Made by a program: the position numbers and the translations under genes. This document shows, one piece after another, positions 59,007-64,000 of a stretch of DNA of 64,000 bases. This DNA comes from Oikopleura dioica (lineage: Eukaryota > Animalia > Chordata): contig OU015569.1 in the NCBI GenBank assembly GCA_907165135.1, positions 8,951,889 through 9,015,888 on the forward strand, read 5' to 3'. How positions within the stretch are numbered: the first letter of the stretch is position 1; the number at the start of each line of letters is the position of its first letter. The notes beneath the pieces were generated by a model that did no database searches, was not told the DNA's origin, and saw only the letters and a list, made by a program, of their open reading frames with translations.

Positions 59007-59822
59007 TGCGATGTGATAGCAGTCAGCAGCCAATCAGAGTCGAGCCCTCGAACTCTGAATTTGTAAGCGTGTTGTTCGAACTTCGAGCAGACTCGTTGAA
59101 AGTTTTCGTGTCAGTTCCATTGTTCTTGATTGAATTCTTTGATCCCCTCCTATAAGAATTTCATCAAGTAATCGGCTGGGCCAATTTCAATAAGGAGTTG
59201 AGATTCGAAATCGTAGCACCCTTTCTTGTGCTCATTAGAAGAGCGCAAAGTTACGCCAGAAAAAGTACTTTTAGAGGATGAGTCCCCGAAAATGACGTCA
59301 CGATGACTCACTGAAGTTCCAAAGTCCAAAACTTTGCCACGCTCTCATTTTTCTAGAAATGGAAAATTTGAGTTCGATACAGGAAAATGATCGTCTTGAG
59401 CCACTCTACCTGAAGAGCTACATATAAAAGATCCACCTCTAGAAGAAAAATTTTTCTAGTTTTAGTTCTAGAGTTTTCTTGAGTTGGATCTTTCATATGT
59501 AGCTCTTCAGGGAGAGTGGCTCAAGACGATCATTTTTCTGTATCGAACTCAAATTTTCCATTTCTAGAAAAAATGAGAGCGTGGCAAAGTTTTGGATTTT
59601 GGAACTTCAGTGAGTCATCGTGACGTCATTTTCGGGGACTCATCCTCTAAAAGTACTTTTTCTGGCGTAACTTTTGCGCTCTTTCTAATGAGCACAAGAA
59701 AGGGGGTGCTACGATTTCGAATCTCAACTCCTTATTGAAATTGGCCCTGCCGTTCCTACTGAAGGAGTGCTTGTTGATTTCACCATCGAATGAAGATCAT
59801 CTTCTTAATTCTACGTTGAAAG
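59007..59822. repeat. Repeat A, copy 2 (foldback element with arms at about 59171-59450 and about 59480-59748).
   Basis: Direct sequence identity with 54454-55278, including the CCAATCAGAG leader and both inverted arms. Confidence 0.7.
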
Positions 59823-60090
59823 CGAGGGCAGGCGCCTTGCGAAATTTAAGACGGTTAAATTCAAATAATTTCCACAACACAATTTGCGATCTTACCAACG
59901 ATATCGTTCACATCGTTTTCGTGTTTTTGAAAAGGGCAACGAATTTTTGAACATCTGCTGAGCGAGTCGTCTTCCTCGGCGAGATGCCGGCTCTTCAGTT
60001 TAAGTTTTTATAAGTTTGAGCTCACTTATTTTAATTTTTTCTTTCCATTTTTAGTTTTTTCCTCTAAGTTCGTTTTGATTTTTCGCACAA

Positions 60091-63000
60091 ATGAAGTTGA
60101 AGCGCCTTCTTCTTTGTTTGGCAGTGGATGCTTCAGAGACATCAGATGAAATCCAAGGTATATTCTCCGGAGAGATTGAGAAAGTTTTACTCTTAGCATT
60201 CGTAGGACGAGGCTTTGGCATCGGTAATCATGATCATGTTCATACGACTCAACAAGTGCCTATTACTCACGCAACAGAAGCCTCTTCATATAATTATCAA
60301 ACTTGCCTCCAAATGGTAAATGGTAAATCTTTGTGGATCATATATTGGGTATAATATAGGGTGGTACTTGGTACAACGTGGCCGACAATCCCTATTGCTC
60401 GTTGCCAACAGTAGCGCCGACAGAAGCACCGACTGCAGCTCCGACTGCAGCACCCACTCATGGTTCTCTGTCGAATATGGAACAGGCAAAACTAGACTGC
60501 ATTCAAGGGGTAGACTTTTCTTTTTTTATCGCCTTCTTATTCTTCTAGGGTCATTATTGGATAACTGATCCTCAAGGCGGTGGATTTCATTTTTGCTCGT
60601 GGACTGCGCCAGGAGCGACTCAGGCACCAACTGCAGCACCGACACTAGCCCAAACTCATATTTTTCACAGTGCAAGCTCGTTCAACAACCAAAATGACTG
60701 CGAGAATCATGTAATAGTACTTTCAGCATTATGAGTTTTAAACTTTTACAGGGGTTTTATTGGTATCAGTTTCCGACTTACGGATATTGCGATAATGAAA
60801 AAGTGGAAAGCGTTGCATTCGCTTTTCAAAATCCTCAACTTGACTGCATGGAGAAGAATGGACGCTGGATAGCCGCACTTCAGTCCTGTGAATTGGCTTG
60901 TAGTCAATGCGAAGGCGTCTGTGGGACTGATTTGGTCTGCGTTTGCGGAAAAGTATGTAGATCGTAGTAGATAATTATAATAATGAAAGAGCGTTAGCAA
61001 GAATTTTATTTCTAGGGTCAATATGGTCAAAATTGTGAGTTTTGCTCTAGCGGATACTTCAAAAGTGACGGCCACGGATGCATCGAAGATCCTAATAGCA
61101 TAAGGGATTGCGAATCAAGTTACTGCAACAACCACGGTAAGCTTATCAATGAAAAATATCAATCTTCAACAGTTATTTAGGTCACTGCCAAGAAAACGGC
61201 GGCGTGAAGACTTGCACATGTTTTAACGGTTTCAAGGGCGATCAATGTCAAGATACGATCACAATCAATCCATGTGAAATCGTTAACCATTGCAACGGCG
61301 GCGGGGTTTGCAGTTTAAAATTCGTGAATGGAAAACAAGTTCCGTCCTGTAAATGCTACTCCGGATTTACTGGTACATTCTGCAAGAAGAAAGTGCAGGT
61401 TGATCCTTGCCAACAACTCAACTATTGCAATAACGGCCATTGTATTATTGACCGTCATACGCTGGTCGCCTCTTGTTCTTGCAACGAGGTTAGGTCGATA
61501 TAAAGCTATTGTCTTCTATGATTTCAATAGGGCTGGAGAGGTGATACGTGTCTCGTAAAGGCTACTGTATCTTGTGCTGACTTAGATTACTGCAATCACG
61601 GTGGTAACCAAGGTTCATGCTATCCTTCTCGAACTGGAGGTGACTCCATTTGTAAGTGCAATGGCAGATTCTACGGAAACAAATGCCAATACGAAAAACA
61701 AGATTCGCGCTGCGCAGATCAATCTTTTGCTCCAACGGGGGTGTCTGCAAGGAATCGGCAACAACAAAATACTGCGAGTGCCCCGATAGCTATGAAGGAG
61801 ACTTCTGTCAAGTGAGTTTAAATTGTCTCACCTTTTCAAAAAGTCTCTCAGTATCCACCAGGAACACCAAAATGTGACTACACTGATTGCAATAATGGGG
61901 TTTGTTCACATGACAATGACGGATATCCTGTTTGCACATGTCAAAATGGCTGGAAAGGTCCTTACTGTAATGTCGCAATACCGTGCACTAGAGATTGCCC
62001 GTTTGGAAGATGCGCACATGGTCAAAATTCTCAATATTGCGCGGACTGTCCAGAAAATTTCTTTGGCCGAGAGTGCAAATATGTAAGAAATTTCAGAAAG
62101 TATCTGAATCAAAATTAATTTTAGGATTGCAGTTCTTGCGCAGATGGTGAAATTTGTGAGAAAACCTTTGAAGGAGACAATGTCGTTTCTGCAAGATGCG
62201 TTGTCAAGCCTGTCTCAGTTTGCGAAGCATCTCAAAACATTTGCCTCAACGGGTGTTCATGCGTCGACAAAGTCAAAGACGGATATTTCTTCACGTGTCA
62301 AAATCAACTGGGCAAAAACTTTCTTGGAAAGCGATGTCAATGGGCAGAACCTGTTCTTGAATGCGCGAAGGATCTCATCAAGGTAAAATACGAATCTATC
62401 TCTGGCAAAAACATAATAAAATCATTAAGATAAAAATTACGAATGCTTTTCACGAGAAGTTCTCCTTCAGCTCTAAAACCTATTCAATTGGTTCCTATTC
62501 GAAGACCGTGGACACCGGCAACACGGAAACACAACTCGTTATCAGACAATCTGAGAATCCCGATGTTTTTCGAACTCGCGTCGTCGACGGCTCTCTTGTC
62601 ATGAGTAGCGACGTTGTTCTTCGCTTAACACGAGACAATAATCCGTCATTTTCTTCACAAATGCGCGTCATGACTTTCGCCTGCAAGTACAGTATTGACA
62701 AGGAAACGTCCGAGGTATTCAATCCAACTCACTGGCCTTCTGAAACGCTCGTAGAGAATAACAAGGTTTGTGTAATTATTTTTTCACGATTCAAACCGCT
62801 TTTTAGAATTTTAATGTTGATCTCAAATTCTTCTCTGTGAGTGCAGCGTTCGAAGCCCATCGACGCGCCCGCGAAAGTGCCTTTGTTCTTCACGGTGAAG
62901 ATGTCTATGTCTCCGCATCAATTCACGATTCAGTTGACAATCTTCCTTCCAGCGTTAAGCTTCTGTTCCAAAACGTAGGTCGAAATTGGAGACTGAATGT

Positions 63001-63290
63001 CCTAAAAAATTTAAGTGCGATCTTCGTCAAGGAAATACATTTATTCCCGTAATTTCGAATGGCTGCCCCGTTTACGACACTTCTGGGCAACGAAATTTCG
63101 CAGAAGTAACATTCGCTACTCAGCAACCGACAAACGGAGTCGAATTCAAGATGACTGTTCTCGGCTTCCAGGCGAATTCTGACGCTCTCAAGCTAACATG
63201 CGAAGTCTCTTTCTGTGACGAGTCACAAGGATCTTGTAATACAAATGCTAACTGCAATGGAAGAAGAAAACGAGCTATTTCAAGGTAAAA
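60091..63290 (+). CDS. Secreted protein with multiple EGF/laminin-EGF-like modules and a C-terminal ZP (zona pellucida)-like domain ending in a consensus furin site (RRKR), partial. More than 12 exons. Exon 1 is 60091..60156 (MKLKRLLLCLAVDASETSDEIQ, signal peptide). The C-terminal membrane anchor was not resolved.
   Basis: Two N-terminal exons contain AP(T/A)AAPT linkers. There are successive 6-Cys EGF modules: CSQCEGVCGTDLVCVCG; GQYGQNCEFCSSGYFKSDGHGCIEDPNS...CESSYCNNHGHCQENGGVKTCTCFNGFKGDQCQ; NPCEIVNHCNGGGVCS...CKCYSGFTGTFC; DPCQQLNYCNNGHC...CSCNE; CDYTDCNNGVCSHDNDGYPVCTCQNGWKGPYC; CPFGRCAHGQNSQYCADCPENFFGRECKY; CEASQNICLNGCSCVDKVKDGYFFTCQNQLGKNFLGKRCQ. These are followed by FSFSSKTYSIGSYSKTVDTGNTETQLVIRQSENPDVFRTRVVDGSLVMSSDVVLRLTRDNNPSFSSQMRVMTFACKYS...TECPKKFKCDLRQ...VTFATQQPTNGVEFKMTVLGFQANSDALKLTCEVSFCDESQGSCNTNANCNGRRKRAIS (ZP-C-like with a furin site). 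Confidence 0.65.
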
Positions 63291-63629
63291 TGTTTTTATT
63301 TTTTACCAAGCTTATGCATTCATAGTCCCACGATTACACTCGAAGTGGCGCCAATTTTCATCCTCTCTCCTGGAGCATTCCAAAAAAGCGAAATTCACTT
63401 GAGTTAATTATTTTAAGTACTATTTAATTTAAACTTTCCTTTCTGATTATTTCTTTTCTGTTCATATTAAATTCTTCACTCGTTTTTGATTGTTGATTTA
63501 TCAAAGCATGCAATTTATGAAGCATAGAAATTTATTTGTTGAACTTTTTACAATGAAACATTTTCTGCTGGGCAGTGAAATCTTGAATATTAGCTAATTT
63601 TGTGATAAATATGAAGGTCTTTCTTATCC

Positions 63630-64000
63630 TACGTAAATCGTCCTCCCCCTCCAGACAAGAATTTGTACTAAAAAGAGATCAGTTTTTACTGAAGAATGAA
63701 TAGATAGGTGTACCTTGAATTGCCAGGACTTCTTGTTGTTCTCCATATTTTCTGCCCAAGAGTTTGAACTTGTGTATTTTGGACACGGTTGGTATCTATC
63801 CCCGAAATAGTCGATCATATATCGTTGTGTAACCTAGTTTTTGTGTCAACAAAGATTCATGCTAAAATTTGTACCTTGGTCATCGTTGGGCCGTGCATGA
63901 TAAAACGGCCGCATTCTGCATCTTCATAAACGTCCTCCTTCAACCGAGGCTTCAGTTTTTGAGTGCCATCATTATTTAAATAATCATCTTGAATACACCG
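63630..64000 (-). CDS. Internal exons of an unidentified minus-strand gene that runs off the window end. Exons are about 63884..64000 (RCIQDDYLNNDGTQKLKPRLKEDVYEDAECGRFIMHGPTMTK, GTACAA donor) and about 63700..63822 (VTQRYMIDYFGDRYQPCPKYTSSNSWAENMENNKKSWQFK, GTACAC donor).
   Basis: Two open exons joined in phase across a 60-nt intron with an AAAAACTAG acceptor. No similarity recognised. Confidence 0.3.

Overview
This window is eukaryotic nuclear DNA and looks like a nematode genome. The gene-dense parts have many very short introns (about 39-50 nt) with GT donors and TTTCAG/TTTTAG acceptors. There is a ShK-toxin-like cysteine domain and several closely spaced same-strand gene pairs, as in nematode operons. 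I found no rRNA, tRNA, CRISPR or other prokaryotic features.

Gene content, in order along the window:
- (-) partial secreted protein with EGF-like domains flanking a Thr-rich mucin-like repeat (runs off the window start)
- (+) ZNF598-like RING E3 ligase with FP(S/T)LGG repeats
- (+) Ser-rich protein with a UBA/CUE-like C-terminal region
- (-) small acidic protein
- (+) ShKT-domain type-I membrane protein
- (+) two low-confidence partial genes
- (-) Ska-like kinetochore protein
- (-) ankyrin-repeat plus death-domain protein
- (-) IFT46
- (+) MFS transporter
- (+) Nup214-like FG nucleoporin
- (+) LUC7-like splicing factor
- (+) single-domain rhodanese
- (+) glycogen phosphorylase
- (+) NOG1/GTPBP4 GTPase
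- (-) survivin-like BIR protein lacking its zinc ligands
- (+) partial multi-EGF plus ZP-domain protein with a furin site
- (-) gene fragment at the 3' edge

Repeats and mobile elements:
- a hAT-like MITE with an 8-bp target-site duplication, inserted exactly at the 5' splice site of MFS exon 1
- a second small MITE at 14.8 kb
- a roughly 780-bp foldback element inside an intron at 25.7-26.4 kb
- a roughly 0.8-kb foldback repeat (A) paired with a roughly 310-bp small-TIR repeat (X), present twice in reciprocal order (A-X at 54.4-55.6 kb, X-A at 58.7-59.8 kb)
- an AGCCAATCAGAG (NF-Y/CCAAT-type) 12-mer recurs in four of these loci

Several well-conserved coding sequences (glycogen phosphorylase, NOG1, Nup214) show local frame breaks. 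These look like assembly indels or pseudogenisation and should be checked.

The ORF track was computed with alternative start codons (TTG/GTG shown as M), so its leading M residues are not reliable.
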